NCBI GenBank assembly: GCA_013265495.1
Contig: MU058233.1
Coordinates: forward strand, 409,038-469,037
Reading direction: 5' to 3'
DNA length: 60,000 nt
Origin: Vicugna vicugna
Lineage: Eukaryota
Part shown: positions 24,273 through 38,230 of the stretch, piece by piece
Layout: the number at the start of each line of letters is the position of its first letter
Position numbering within the stretch: position 1 is the stretch's first letter
Made by a program: the position numbers and the translations under genes
Notes under the pieces: generated by a model
Seen by the model: the letters and a program-made list of their open reading frames with translations, nothing else
Databases searched by the model: none
Told to the model about the DNA's origin: nothing

Positions 24273-25719
24273 GGTCACAGCCTGGACTGAGGTCTGGGGG
24301 GGCCGGTGGGGCAGGAAGCAGGGGAGGCCAGGCACCACCAGGAGAGGGGATGGCTCCACGCACCTGTCACGCTGCAGACACAGGAGGTGGAAACTATCCA
24401 CGTGAAGGACAGAGTCCCCCGGCCACCCGTGCGGGACACCAGAGGCGCATCAGCGCAGCGGGTGAAGACCCCAGGGTGGCACTGGTCAGGGCTCGCTCGG
24501 CACACCTGCAGGGGGATCAGCCAAGAAGCCCCCGGTGCCCTCATCGTGCCGGACGAGCCTGACCACCGGCTTCACCCAGGGAGACAAGGGAAACAGCGTG
24601 TTTTTCTGCAGAGCGAAGATGGGAACTTCCTTTGACAAACAGGTTTTATTTTCTTTCCTTCTCTCTGGCGCTCTTTACTCTCTGGGTATATTTTAGCCTC
24701 TTTTTCCAACAAAGTAGGTCAGGAGGAAAGCGATTCTTATGTGAGAGCTGGAAAACCCTTGGGGCCGGCAAAGGTCATTGACAACGTCGAGTGTACCGGC
24801 CCCCAGGGGCGCGGCCCAGTGCGGGCAGGGGAGCCCTGGGCACTGGACACGGGTCCCTCCAGGGGACCCGCCCCTGCTCTCCTGCCCGCTACTGGTCACG
24901 AGCTCACGCGCAGTGCCACGTGCGGGGACGGCGGCCACCAAACGGGGGAGGTCTCCCGGAGGAGAGAGATCGATTCAGTCATCTGCAACAACTTCCTGCC
25001 AAACCGAAAGACACCCTCGGCGGGCATCTAGGTCTGGGAGGGCAAAACTCTGCGGGGGAGCTGGTGTTTGAGCCGGGATGGGAGGGGCGAGCAGGGTGCC
25101 TCCGAGATGCGGGAAAGATGGAACATTCTGGACGGGGGAGGTGCCTGTAAGGCTGTGTGCGGTAGGAGTAAGCAGGGGCCCGGGAGGAGGGGAAGGCCCC
25201 AGGGGGGTGGCAGGGCCCCAAGGAATTCCAGGATTTAGAAGTCAGGGAGAGCCCGACCAGCTGGCAAAGGAGCTGAGAGGGGAAGCCAGGAGGGGCCATC
25301 CCGGAAGCTGAAAGGCGAGCGTGTCTGAAGCGGGGTGCGCCGGAAGCGAGAAGGAAACACCGTGGCACTGATGGGGGCGCTGGGAGCAAAGCCGGACCAG
25401 GGACGGGCGGGGAACAAGGGGCCAGGAATCGGAGTCACCCTCTTCCAAATGTGGGCTGGGAAGGCTGGAGAAACAGCCCTGCTCCAAGGGGATGCTCAGT
25501 GAGAATGACTAAGGATGGGGCAGCTGGACACAGCCAGTTCCCGGGGAAGAATACGGATGCGGCAGCAGAAAGGAGGGAGTCTTAGGGGAGAAAGCCCCTG
25601 ACCAGGCGGTGGAGCTGTGATCCAGGACCTGTGAGCGTGGCTGTTCACAGGAGAGTTACCCCTTCCACTGTAACAGGAGAGAATGCGGAATTTCCTGCAG
25701 CCATCACCTTCTTCCTCCT

Positions 25720-26160
25720 TGCAAGCAGAGCCCCAGTTTTGTCCAGGACAGCAAATGCCCATCCTGTGAAATAAATTATAGTTTACTTAAGCCAATCATT
25801 AAAACAAGAATCCATTTCCCTTTGACGAACATGCACTATTTCAAACTTCTTTTGCATCAATTGCTAGTTATGTTCAATTGAACCTACGAGGATGTCTGCT
25901 GGAGGATTCTAGAAGAATGTTTACTTTACCCTGCCAGAGGAAACCTCCTTTTCCACTTGGCCTCCTTTTCCCTGCCCTAACTATCATTGCATAAGAGTAT
26001 GACCTTCGGTGCTATGGCAGCCACTTTGTGTTCATGAGGCAAGCACTCTGAGAATGAGGGAATGAAAACAGACATGGCAGAATAATTGGGTTGCCTCACC
26101 AAGCTTAGAATTGCTTACCTTTGGACTTTAATGTGATAATATCAAAGTCTTTATTTAGTG
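25720..26160 (+). mobile_element. Ancient ERVL-class LTR fragment
   Basis: taagccaatca...gctatggcagccactttgtgttcatgagg...cttacctttggactt motifs in an AT-richer block. Confidence 0.45.
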
Positions 26161-29100
26161 GCATTTCAAGGGTGGGGTGAGGGGAACAGGCTGCCCTGTG
26201 GGAAGGCAACGAGGGGTGCATTTCCTGGAGGGGATTGAATACCGATTACAAAACCGAGTAGAAGTCAGTCTGCGTATTGCTGTCATTGTACACAGCCCTC
26301 CCTTCCAGGACAGACCACCCCCACCCCCACCCCCTGGGACGCCACTGGTTTCGATGGCTGAGTCACTGTCAGCTGGGTTTCTGTTTTGCACTCCTGAACC
26401 CTTTCTCACTGGTGCCTTTTCCATCTTAGGGCTTTAATGTTATCAGTAAAATGGTGAGAGTGAGCAGGAATGGGGAGTACAGTGGGGGTTTGAGGCCAGG
26501 AGAGGTTTGAAGTGGTCCCTGTGAGCTGGACTGAGGTCACTGGTCAGTGCCCAGAGCCCTTCAGGTCGGCCATCATGAGTTTAGGGCAGACGGGGTCTAC
26601 CTGCCACATGACTTTCTCCCGCAGCTCCTGGGTCCCCGGGGCAGAGGAGGTGATTAGAAGCGTGTTCATTCTGGCCTGTAGGTTCATGAGGGCCAGGGTG
26701 TACGGTGCTGTCCCCAGACCACGCAGGGGTATCCCCAAGCATCAAGGGCGGTGGGGCCGGCCTCACAGCACAGACTGAGGTCACAGCCCCACGAGAATCA
26801 GGAGAAAAGAGTGGAGGGGCTGCCGGAGGACGTCTCACAGGGGACAAGGCGTGGGAGAGACGCTGCCTGCCCCCCACGGGGCGGGGAGTTCCGGCCAGAG
26901 CTGCCCTGCGGAAGAGGGCAGTCAGAGGCAGACAGCCCCTCTCCTCCTAAGCCCCCGCCCTCAGACCCACCCTCCCACACACGTGGGCAGCCTGCGCGGG
27001 GACCAGGCGGATAACGGAGCACTTGCTCCAGCAGCAGCCTGGATTTACGGTGCACGAGTTACTGACTGCGAGAAATTCTTCCCCTCTTGTGGAGTCCCTG
27101 GGGTCCTTAGTCTGAAGGATGTGTGATTTTCATCAGGCCCATTCAGTTCTTGCTTTTCACTTCCATGAGCTCCCGGGCCTTCGGTCCCTTTAGACAGGTT
27201 TCTCGGGCTTCGTTCAGGAAAGCTGGCCCCTGTGCCTACTCAGCCTTGCCCACCCCCAGAAGCTGTGCGTCCCGCACGCCCCTCCCCAGGCAGCAGCGAC
27301 TGTGACCAACCTGCAAATGGAGGCAGTCAGAAGTCTGGGCCGACGCCACGGCGGCTGCCAGCTCCGGCCACCACCGTCATCCCACACAGCGCCCCCTGGT
27401 CTGTCCCGCGGCCACGCCTGCCCTGGTGGGTGACGGGGTCCCAAGGGCCACCCCGGGAAGCTGGTCCGGCTTGCGCTCACGGCATTCCTCAGCGGAGTCA
27501 GACCTCCTGCCCACGTATCTCAGATGCACCTGGAGTTATCAGAGGGGCTCCACCACCTCCCCAGGCTGCTGCCTCCGTCCGGATTTGCCCTATGGAAGCT
27601 GAGCAATCTCCAGGGGCCTTCCCTGCCATGTGGCCCAGCCTGTGCTCAGCCCCCTGGGCGCTGGGAGATGCGGGGCACGGCTGTGCAGACGGAGCTTCCC
27701 TAGAGCACATTTGCCCACCTTTCCATGCACCGCCTGCTGCCTCTGGCCCCCCGGCTGCCCAGGTCTCACGGGTCAGCCCTGGTGGGGACCCTGCAGAGTG
27801 CCTGACCTGTGTGGACGAGGCCACCTGAGGGGATCAGGTTCGTGGTGGAATCCCCATTGGTGCCCATCCCAGGCCGGGACACGTCTGCCCCGTGAGGGCC
27901 CAGGGACACTTAATCCCCAGATAACGTCCAACGGTGCCTAGAGGAGAGAGACTGAGGGGCCAGCTGCGAACCTTCAAGGGCTTCTCGTCTGAAGGTTCAA
28001 ACAGCCCCAGGGGTCCAGGTAGGACAGATCTGAGTCCTTGCTATTAACACATGTGACCGTGAAGAAATGCAGGTGGGGAAACTGAGGCCGAGGGCCCACA
28101 GGGGCCGGCACAGAAGCCGCCTTCCTGAGGCCAGTTGGCCGGCGGGACTCACGGTGTGCAGGGAGCAGCGACCGTGTCCACAGTGGTGACTCCCCACCCC
28201 TGCTCGGCTGCTGGGCTGGGAGCCCCTGGCTCCGTCATCACATTTCCCCTTTCTAGTGGCCCCCCTTCCTCTTTAGGGTTCACCTTTCCCCCATGGGGCG
28301 TGTGGTCACAGCTCGACTCCCACCCTAGAGGCTGGGCATGTGACCTGGCTTGAAACCGTCCCTGGGACGTGGGGATTGGTCAGCTGGTCCCGTGGCCCAC
28401 TGGACCACGGTCTACTAGTTCACAGTGGCTGATGCCTTCGGCTGGTCCAGCGGGATTTTTAGGAAATGGGAAGACAGAGCTCCACATCCGAGGAGGGAAC
28501 CCAGCAGCCCCTGAGGCCACGTGGTGGCAACCCGGGACAGCCTGGCTGAGGATGGGGTGGCCTCAAGGACCCAGAGCTGAGAGGAGGTTCCAAGATATGT
28601 CCAAAAGTTCTAGGGCACCCCTCCCTGCCAGAGGAGCGGTCCGGTGGGCTGGGCCTGTGGCCACGTCCAGCAGACAGAGGGTGCAGGGGCCAGCGCTGTA
28701 AGAATGCTGGTGGCCGCTCTGGGGACTATGGCTTCTGACCTGCATGGCACCAGGCCAGCATGCCCACCCTGCAAACTGCAGAGCGGGTCACACCGACGTT
28801 TGAGCTGGAACAGTGCGTTTTCCAGCTGCTGCCCACACAGCCGTCCTCCAGAAGCCCCGTGATCCCTGTCAAGAAAGGGGAGGGGGGAGGGGGGCCCCAG
28901 AGCCATCTGCTGGCCCAGCCCTTCCTGTCCTGACAGTCCTGCCCAGTGGTCCAGGGATGGGCGAGAAGGAGCTTGCCGAAGGCTGCTGGCTGTGCACTAA
29001 AAAAAAGGTCCGAGAGGCCCTCTTCAGCCCTGCCCCCTCCACTGTCCACCACCACCTCCCTCTGCACCCAGAGTCACACGCGGGAGCGTTAACGCTCTGA

Positions 29101-31509
29101 CTTCTCCCGGCTGTAAGCTCCCACCGCATCCGCTGAGAACAAAGGCGGATGTGGGGGAAGTGCGTGACGAATCACTTTCCCAAAAGCATGTGTTTGAGAC
29201 GGAACGCAGCCAGAGGACACTGTCAGAGACTGGTGGCGGCAGGATTTTGCTTTTGAGAAATTCTCCTTCTTCACGTTGCTCAGAGAGCTGGACCCTTCGT
29301 TTACTTATTCCCCGATTTTTCCCTTATGGTGTTTCAAAGTGACACGCGTCATCCTAGTCGGCCCCCGCCCAACGACAGGAAGAGGAAAGTGGCACCGGTT
29401 TCAACGTTAAGGGTGTGAGTTCAGGGTGGGGGCGGGGAAGCCAGCTGCTACGAAAGATGAGGTTTCCAGCGGGAATTCCAACTGCAGCCCGTGTCGCCAC
29501 TTCTCTCTCAGGGGTGGCGGCAGAGAAGTGCAAACCGTCGCTCAGAACCCGAGCAGGGCATCCCTGCACCGCGCATGGGATGCAGTGTCGCCTCGAGCGC
29601 TGTGCCCACTCGCCCGCCGCTCCTGTGGGGGAGACCCCGCCCTGAGCACTAAAGCTGAGATCTGGCCGCAGGCAACAGACAGCCCGGTGACGGTGGCTCC
29701 TGCTGTCCAGCACCCTGCTGTCCCCAGGGTACTGTCTCAGCCAGTGGGGTTGCCACCACATCTACTTCCAAGCTGCAGGATGGGAGGGAGGGAGGAGGCA
29801 CCCGTCCCCACCTGAACCGCTGGCTGGAGCTGAGTCACCTGGCCGCACTGCCCGGAAGGCGCCCTCTGGGAGTCAGACAGTTTGTGACTGTGGAGGGAGG
29901 GACGGCTGGAGGTTGGGGACCCTCCACCCACCACCCCAGAGGACGGGGGTGACGTTGGGCACCGAGCAGAGAGCAAGCCTGGACCGCGTCCCAGTCCAGC
30001 CGCAGCCTGGGGGCTTGTAAAAGCCGGACGCCTGCCCCTCACAGCTCTGGGGGCTGGGAGGCCAGACCGACGCACCTGCGGATCCAGCACCGGCTTCCTG
30101 GCTGCAGCTGGCCGTCTTCTCGCCCACCCGGGGGGAGGGGCGTGGGGGTCAGGGGCCTCTCTAATGAGGGCCCCACCCCGTCACCTAGTCACCCAAAGGC
30201 TCCTCCTCCTGACACCTTCACAGAACGGGGTCGCTTTGGCTGGGGGGAGACACAGCACTCGGCCCACAGAGTGAAGACCAGAACGCAAAGAGATCTCTGT
30301 GCTCGCCTGGGCCCGGCTCGGGGTGGGGGGCACTCCAGACTCTGGAGAGGGGGCCCAGAGAGCCAAGCCTCTCCTCCGCAAGCCCCTGGGACCAGGCGGG
30401 CCAGGGTCCCGGCCCTGCAACCTCGGGCGGCCTCGAGGTGCCATTTGGGCAACAGTCGTTCTACGTCCTCCCTTGCGTCTACTTCCGCGGACGAGAGACC
30501 CCCGCCGAGAACAGCTGTTCAAGGTGAGTTACTGATTGTGATTTACCGAAATTTCCCACCCTTGGACCAACGTCTCCCGATGTGTCCGGCCGGGCTCCAC
30601 ACACAGCAGAAACCCGAGCCCAGGTGTCTGTAGGGGAGAGGGGTTCCCTGTCACCTGCTGTCTCCCAGCATCCCTTCCCCCCGCCCCAGCCCCAGGGGCT
30701 CCAGGCCAGTCCTATCCCGCCAGCCCAGGGCGGCCACTCGATCCAGGTCGGATTAATCACCATCACAGTGTTGACCTGGGGATGGACAGGACCTCAGTCT
30801 GTGGCCACTGGAGCCATCCTGGGACTTTGCTGAAACCGTCGGGAGCAAGGAGCCCTTTCTGCAGGGGCTGTGACCTGCGGGGAAGCCCGCCCATGGGTTC
30901 GGGGGCCGAGCGCACCACCGCCTCAGAGTTTGCTGGGAACAAAGCCAACCTACAAAAGTCAAAACCACAGGTGGTCCTGCCCTTGGCTCTTACTGATTCC
31001 ATTATTTGCTGACCATCAACATCTGTGAGCAGGACAATGGAACGGACTCACCAGGACAGGGCTGGAGCAGAGCAATTACCAGAGGTGCCACCGAACACTG
31101 GCCTGAGAGGAGGAGAGCTGGACAGATTCCGTCCACTCCTCAAGAGTCCACCCTGCCTCCTCCTGCCCGGGGGCCCTGTCCTGCTCGCATCAGCTCCACT
31201 GTCTGGGAATGCAGAGCACACGCACCATCAGCGTCTCCAGTTTTGCGTGGCACCGGCCAATCTCGTCTCTGCCCCACCGGCCCTCCCTGCTCCCGGTCAT
31301 TCTGTCCACAGGCCCCAGGCCTCAGGACCATCAGGGCTCAGGGAAGGTGCTGAGGGGGAGCAGGGACTACCTGGTGGAGAACGGACCTCATCTCCCTGCC
31401 CCCTGGGGGACGGGGTGGGGGCGCCCTTGATACAAGCAAAACCAGCTTGAAGGGGTGGAGGACACTGCAGACCTTCCCCAACCTCCAGATTCTAGCGCCA
31501 TGTCATGAC

Positions 31510-31615
31510 CCACCCTCTGGTCACCTGAACACACGCACACATACACACACACACATAGTTACACACACACGCACACGCATGTATACACATGCATACTGAC
31601 CTACATGCACACACA
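31510..31615. repeat. CA-rich simple repeat
   Basis: acacgcacacatacacacacac... Confidence 0.9.
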
Positions 31616-32473
31616 GCTGAGAAAATCAGGTGACTTCCCGGAACAAGGAAAACCCACTAGAAGGTCATTTGCTGTCTACCAGGCGAAGCAACCAGCAATT
31701 TTCAGACGGCGGCTGCCCTTAACTGCAGACAAAACGAGAGTGTTGCCAGGTCCTCCGAGCGTGCATGAGGGTGGGTCCGCCCAGCTCTGCCCCTAGGCTG
31801 GCGCCCTGGCTTGTGGGAGGCAGTGTGGACGATGCGCCCAGCCGGGCTGGGACACCACCCGCCCAGGAACTGGGCTTCACCCTGCGGTTCTGTCGGCCAG
31901 GGGTTAGGGGGTCTGGGGTGGGGGGAAATCAGACGGGGGCTGCGGGCGTTGGGCCCATCACATGTGGGCTGCCCGCAGTGCAGCCTGGACACGTCCCAGG
32001 GCTGGGCTTGGAGACGAGGACCCGGTGCCCAGGGGCGGGAGGGAGGGCTTGGGTGTCATTAACTGCTTGACGCACGTGTGGTTGGCTCCTGCCCTCCCGG
32101 CCTGGTTCCCGGCACTTGTCACCCAGTGGCCCATCCGTCCTTACAACAGCCCTGCCCAGTAGGGGCTGCTCTCACCCCGGGGGGGAGGATGAGACACGGG
32201 AAGTGGGAGGCCTGGGATTCGAACCCGGATGGTCTGCGGCAGGGTCTAGTGAGGGGGCCGGGAGGGCAGGAGAGAGGCCGAGACAGACAGAGAATGGCCA
32301 CTCGGGTCTCTGGCTGAGGAAGCCCTTCCCGTACCTCCACGCTCTCCAAATCAAGGGTCTGCCCTTCCTAGCTGCCCGACGCCGCACGTCCTTCCTGGAA
32401 GGGAGGGAAGGCCACTCAAGCACCACCCAGACAGCGGGGCCCTTCTCCAGGGCGGTCCCGGCTGCGGGGCGCT

Positions 32474-32488
32474 GCCGCCCTCTGGTGG
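32474..32488 (-). promoter_or_regulatory. Candidate CTCF site
   Basis: Reverse complement CCACCAGAGGGCGGC matches the CTCF core. Confidence 0.45.
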
Positions 32489-33598
32489 GCGTGTGGGGTC
32501 CTGCGTGCCCCCAGTCCTCAGGAGGGGCCCGGCTCAGCTCATCTGGACGCCCTACCTGTCCGTCCTCGGTAGGTGGGTCCGTGCCGGTGGGTAGGTCCAC
32601 ACTTCCCCTGCCACGGTTCGCTGTCAAAATGAAGAGTGACAGAGGCAACTTGCCCTTAGGCTGCAGGCTGGTTTCCACTCCCTCCGGGACCCAGCAGCCT
32701 CCCCGCCACCTCTTGTCTGTCCTGACCTTGACAGCTCTGAGATGCCGGCCGGGGGCTCCCCAACTGCCCCTCGATCTGTAGGTTTTCTCAGAACTCTCTA
32801 GGGTGCGGGCTCGGGGTAGCTGCACAGAGGCGGACTGCCTTCCTGCCACCGCACAGAGCTGCTTGCCGTCCACGTGCCGGGCTGCTGCTCACCTCGACCC
32901 CTGGGCTAAGGTGTCGGCTAGACTCCTCCTCTGTCCAGAAGCGAGTCCCTCCGCAGCCCACACCCGGGGTAGGGGGCTGGGGGCTGCAACCCCAGGCCGT
33001 CGCAGCAGCAGCATCGTTCCTGCGGGATCTCCAGCTGAGCTGGGCGGCTCGTGGTCACTGAGCTGGTCCCCACACCAGCAGGTCCCTCACCCGGGGAAGG
33101 CACTGGGGGGCTGGATGTGGCTCTGCACATCTGCTGGGAACAGGGACAGACCACAGACCAGGTGGGCACTGGAGCTGCCTGGGGCAGACCCTGCCTGGGC
33201 TGCCGGGACTGGGAGAGGCCCCCGGACAGCTGCCAGGAGCACCCCGGCCTGGGGCCTCCATCTCTCTGAGCCCATGGAACTCCCCCCACACCCAGCATGG
33301 GTGGGGTCCCAACCCCCTCCCTCAGGCTAGGACATGCACAATCTTGGGCAAAAGCACAGCCAAGCCCTGTGGGTCTGGGGCCAGGACTCGGTCTCCAGGT
33401 GGCCAGGTCTCCACGCTTTCTCCCTGAGGGAAGAGGTTGTCACCTTGAAGTGCCTGCACCCACCCTTTCCTCGGTCCAACTCCCCTCCCCCCAAACACAC
33501 ACACACACAGAAGGTGCTGGGAAAGCATGGGCCCCGGGCTGGTGGGGCTGAGGGAGTCCCGCCAGGGTGCGGGAGCCCGGGAGCGATGACCCGTCTGT

Positions 33599-33612
33599 CC
33601 ACTAGGAGGCGC
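33599..33612 (+). promoter_or_regulatory. Candidate CTCF site (one mismatch)
   Basis: CCACTAGGAGGCGC. Confidence 0.3.
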
Positions 33613-34194
33613 ACTTGGCCGTGCCATGTGCCCAGCCTCCCGGCGCAGGAACCTGGTGATCAGAGTCCCGCACGGTGGGCCAGCCCTGACCGCTGGGGGC
33701 TGCCCGCTGCTAAGAGGCACCGCCCCTGAGGGCTGCCCTCCCAGTCTCTGGTGAAGAGAGAGGTTCAGACTGGAGCCCACAGATCCCCCACACCCCCCAG
33801 CAGAAGCAGGTGGGGGACATGGAGACAGCCCAGCCCAGGGAGAGAAACAGGGAGGAGGAGGGAGGGCAGGGGGGTAGGCGACCTCCAGGTGCCGCCTGCT
33901 CCTGGTAGCAGCCCCCACACGCATCCTTCCAGGAGGGGGAGGAAGACTGGCAGGGAGGCTAGTGCTTGGCGAGTGCCTGCTGGCTGCCACACACACACAC
34001 GCACACATGCACACGCGCACACGCACACTCACGAGTGCTTTGCAGAATGACGGTGTGACCACCCTGGATGTGAAAACACCAACACGTCCTGCCTCCAGCC
34101 GGTAAAGCAGCTGCTCCAGCCTCCAAGGCCCCCTCGCCGCCCCAGCCGCCCCCTCCCTGCAGTCCGTGCCCTTCTGTTGAGCGGGTGCTTTGCT

Positions 34195-34335
34195 GGTTAC
34201 TAAGTATTCTGATGATCACTTTGGGGTGTAATGATCCCCGTTTTACAAAGGAGAAAGCAGAGGCGTAAGTGCATCTTCCCGGATGCACCAGGGCAAGAGT
34301 GGAGCCCTTGGCTGAGACCCAAGTTCAAGTCCAGG
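34195..34335 (-). mobile_element. MIR fragment
   Basis: atccccgttttacaaaggagaaagcagaggc...gttcaagtccagg. Confidence 0.55.
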
Positions 34336-35911
34336 CACGAGGTAGCCGCACCGTCTCTCAGGGAGCAGTAACCCTGTGACCGAGCGCCACACGGAGGGGC
34401 CCCCCGGGGCCGCTGGCTGGTGCTCCCCAGCTGGGAGCTGGGAATGGGCCACGTGGGGGCCTTCACACCACTGCCGTGAGCACCTGCTACCAGCCGGGGC
34501 GGGAGGACGTCGACAGCCCGGCCTCTGAAAGGCCAGGGCAGTGATGCTAGTCACTCAGACCAAACCTGAAAAGGCGTCATTTGCAGCCATTTGGTTGTGA
34601 ACAGCACAAAAGCCTTGAGCCAGTCATCTGGTTTCTAAAACTCTCACCCGATTCATCAAAGAAGCCACATGAGTCCCTGAGTCCCCAACAGACGAGGCGG
34701 GGCGTTCTGACTTCAGCCTTGCTGGTCGTGCTTTCTTCCCACTCCTGAACTTGAACGGAGGTACCAGTGTGCACGCTGGCGCCACACCGACGACAGCTGT
34801 GTGCATAGATTGACAGTAGGCGAGTCGGGAAGACCCGCGAGAGCTTTGTGTGGGAGCCTCCCGGCTGCAGTGTTTAAGGGACGTCTGCAGACTTACCTGT
34901 GAGCGGAGAGCTACCTGGTTCACATCAGGAACATTGCAAATATGCTTGTTTACAATGACATCTGGAGAGCCGGCTTTTAAGGTTTACCAGCACACAGCTG
35001 TCCAGGCCCCGAGATGGGCAGGAGCAGAGCTGCCCATGGCCCTCGGTCCAGGGCGAGGGGCAGGGCTGTCTCCATCCGGGTCCCCGACGCCCTTTCTGTC
35101 CCTGCATCACCTCACTAGCATCCCCTCTCCCCCTTCCTCTAAACGGCCCGTTATCCTCTGGAAACTGTCCATACTTCACTTGCTGAAGCAGCCAGGGACT
35201 ATTATGGGTCATTTTGTCACCGTGGCAACCACTGTGGTCTGAAGGTTTTGAAGAGCCCTGATTAGGCCGGGAAGGCGGCTGTGAGGGGGTGTGACAGGGA
35301 CAGCAAATCAAGGGGGTCTTTTAGGGGCTGTGCGTGGAGCCCAGCATCAAACGTCATCCCCACACCGCTGTGAAGGCTCCAGGCGGGGGATTAATGTAGC
35401 TCCCACTGGCAGCGGAGTCCAAATGGAAAGCTAATGAGGCAGCGTGACATATGGGCCTTGGCCAATCTCATAACAAGTCTCCTTCCGAGGGGGAACGCGG
35501 CAGAGTCCGCAGGCGCTGCCTGCTCCAGGCCCCTCCCAGGCAGCCGGTGGGGGAGCTCCGCCATGTGCGATCCCGGGCCAGGCCAGGGCACCTGGGAGGG
35601 GACCATCCTCACACAGGGGAGGCCTCCCCCCGCCCTGGGACACGACGGGGTCTCAGATGCAGTGGCCCTCAGGAAGACCCCACATCTCCCATCTCCCAAG
35701 GGTCTTCCTGGGAGACCCTACGGTAAAACTCAGGAAAAAGAACAACACATGCTGTGAATGACTAATGACACTCATTACAAGAAGGTTTCTCCTGCTCCAC
35801 TTACAGATCAAATTATCGCCTCCCGCCACTTCAACCACAGGTTTTCAAGCAATGACAGTAATGGTTAACGCTTGCTGAGCTTTCCCTCTATTCCTAGAGT
35901 TATTTAATTTC

Positions 35912-36063
35912 GGGGGGGAGGGTGTAGCTCAGTGGTAGAGTGTGTGCTTAGCAGGCATGAGGTCCTGGGTTCAGTTGCCAGTACTGCCGTTAGAATAATA
36001 ATAATAAATAAATAAACCTAATCACCCCCCAAAAAAGATACCAAAATCAAACAAACAAAAAAA
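35912..36063 (+). mobile_element. Camelid tRNA-derived SINE (Vic-1-type), inserted in a MIR
   Basis: ggggagggtgtagctcagtggtagag...gaggtcctgggttca...aataaacctaatcacccccc plus A-tail. Confidence 0.9.
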
Positions 36064-36064
36064 G

Positions 36065-36240
36065 TACTTTGGGTGGATTACCTCCTTTCAGCCTTCACAG
36101 TAGCCCTACGAGGAGGGTGCAGCCACTCCACCCATTTTACAGACGAGGAAACTGAGGCCCCCAAAGGTTAGATAATGTTCTTAAGTCGCATGGTTCGTCA
36201 GGGCAGAGCAAGGACTTGAACTTGAAGCCTGGTTTCTGAC
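36065..36240 (-). mobile_element. MIR
   Basis: cccattttacagacgaggaaactgaggc...ggacttgaac...ctgac. Confidence 0.75.
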
Positions 36241-36489
36241 CAACGGGGCCCAAGCGTGGACCCCCAGCCGGCCGAGGTCAGCTCTGAGACACAGTCCAAC
36301 CCTGCTTCCAGCCCCAAACACTTCGGCAGCCCCAGCTTTGGGTCTCCACAGGTGAGATGGGAGGTCTGCTTTTCAGAGCAGCAGCCGGGGCACGGAAGAG
36401 CCCGCCACAGCACTCCCTCCCCGGGTGGGACCCTCACTGCAGCTTCACTCCCAGTGTCTGGGGCCCCAGCAGGCATCGCTGGTCCAGAA

Positions 36490-36814
36490 CCTTCCCTGCC
36501 CCTTCCCGCAAGAGGATGCCACTCCCCACCATTGACGTCCGGCTTGGCCATCGGACTTGCTAATGAAACATGAGGGGGAGGGTGATGTACCACTTACAGG
36601 TGGAGGTCTGAGAGCCAGGGCCTGGCCCCACTTCGGCCCTTTCCTCTCTGCCGTGACAGTGGATGCTCCTCTGCCTGAGTCTCGAAATGAAGAAGAACCA
36701 TGGGCAAAACTGCAGTCGACAATCCACCAACACATCACATAAGTGAGGGAAAAAGCTGCAGCTTTGAGGACTGTTTGTTACCACAGCATAACCTCGTGTG
36801 AGCTGATCGATACA
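36490..36814 (+). mobile_element. MaLR LTR (MLT1J-like). Its 3' end lies inside the left inverted arm
   Basis: ccaccattgacgtccggcttggccat...gtgatgtaccactt...tgtttgttaccacagcataacct...ctgatcgataca. Confidence 0.7.
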
Positions 36815-37420
36815 CCTCCAAAGATGTGGACTGATCTCACCTGGTGAGGAGTTGGGAGGAGGCACCCCTGGGGGGCCCGCAGAGCTATGGCTGCCCCTCT
36901 GAGCAGGTGCTCAGGAGCGAAGGGGTCAGCTATGGAACTGACCAGACCCCACCCCCGGCAACACTGCCTCTCCCGGGCAGAGGCCAGTCATGTCCCCAAC
37001 TGCAAGTGCCCAGGCCACTTCTGACATCCCCGGTGAGACTGCACGGAGCAGGTGTCAGACACGACCTCCTCTGTCCACGATGATCCACCCATCCTTCCTC
37101 CCTCCCTCCCAGGGTCCCTACAGGGAAAGAAAGTTTTGAATTGGGTTGCTAGAGCCCTTTCCTTTGTGGAAAGATCGCACGGTCTCTCCACGAGGTTTCT
37201 CCATGTGGCTTCTCCATGTGGCTTTGTTACTGAACCCAACTTGGGTCTCTCGTCCCACAGACAGCAAAGCCAGTCTACTGACTGCAGTTTGTGGTGAAGG
37301 AAAGTGCAGCGTTTATTACAGATGCCAAACAAGGAGTCCTGGAAGCTAGCGCTCAAAAGGTCCAAGATCCCCACTGGGTTTCAGGGAAAGGTTTTTAAAG
37401 ACAAGATGAAGGAGGGGGTG
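36727..37420 (+). repeat. Inverted duplication, left arm
   Basis: Reverse complement of 41508-42207. Identical over about 36759-37110 by manual alignment. ORFs 36844..37083 (+) and 41851..42090 (-) give identical translations. Confidence 0.97.
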
Positions 37421-37845
37421 TGGGGTGTGAGATCAGCTCGTGGACCTTCTTCTGACCGGCTGGTGGTGACGCGGCCAAAATCATCAACCTGGTTCCAACC
37501 CGTCTGGGGTCCACGTGCCTGCGAGCAGCCCACGGTTAGCGTCTTCCCCCTGGCGGGGGTCTTCGCATCTGCAAAGCAGCTCAAAGGACGTGGCTCGGAC
37601 TGGTGTCTATGGCCCTTGAGGGGAACTAAAGTTCCCGGACTTTGCTTAATGGAGAACCTGTCATTATTTTAGTCCTCCTTGACCACTCTCCTTTGTCTCT
37701 GCGCTTTCTCACTTCTCTGATAAATCTGTTCTTTGGAACTCGGGGAAGGACTCGGAGGCTAGAGCCCTTCCACAGACAAGAGGCAGGCAGAGGACACGGA
37801 GGGGCTCCATCCCAGGAGGGCCCCACAGGGTCCTGCTCGGCGACA
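37225..37845 (-). mobile_element. ERV1 3' LTR with adjacent polypurine tract and short internal remnant
   Basis: TG...CA ends on the minus strand (tgtcgccgagcaggaccctgtgggg...ttcagtaaca), AATAAA near 37312, and PPT-like aaagcaaacggggggc immediately upstream (37846-37861). Confidence 0.8.
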
Positions 37846-38230
37846 GCCCCCCGTTTGCTTTGATACCCCTCAGTCTTGAGGGGGAGCAGGTGCGGGACAA
37901 GAAGGGACCAAGGCTTTGGGTAGAAGGCGAATCATGGGCCTGCCATCTTGGAGGCTGGCTCCCATATACGGCCTCCCTCACCAACCATTCTGGACTCACT
38001 CAGTGGCTATTACTGGACACCTACTATCTGTGGCTCGGGTGTACCGGGATTCGCTTTCCACTTCTCCACGTGCTCCAGTCCCGTGGCCTCCCCATGTGGC
38101 CCGGGTGGCGGCACTTCTCACGTGGCCAGTCAGGGCTCCCACAGGAGTGCTCGCGGGAGCTGCCGGACCTTTGTAACCGGCACAATGTCACTCCCTCCGC
38201 TTGTTTTTGTGAGAGGAGGGCCCGTGACCC

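Noticed and set aside
36844..37083. Identical 79-aa ORF present twice (also 41851..42090) as a duplicated gene
   Set aside because: It starts at a GTG, has no homology I recognise, and its identity simply follows from the DNA-level inverted repeat.
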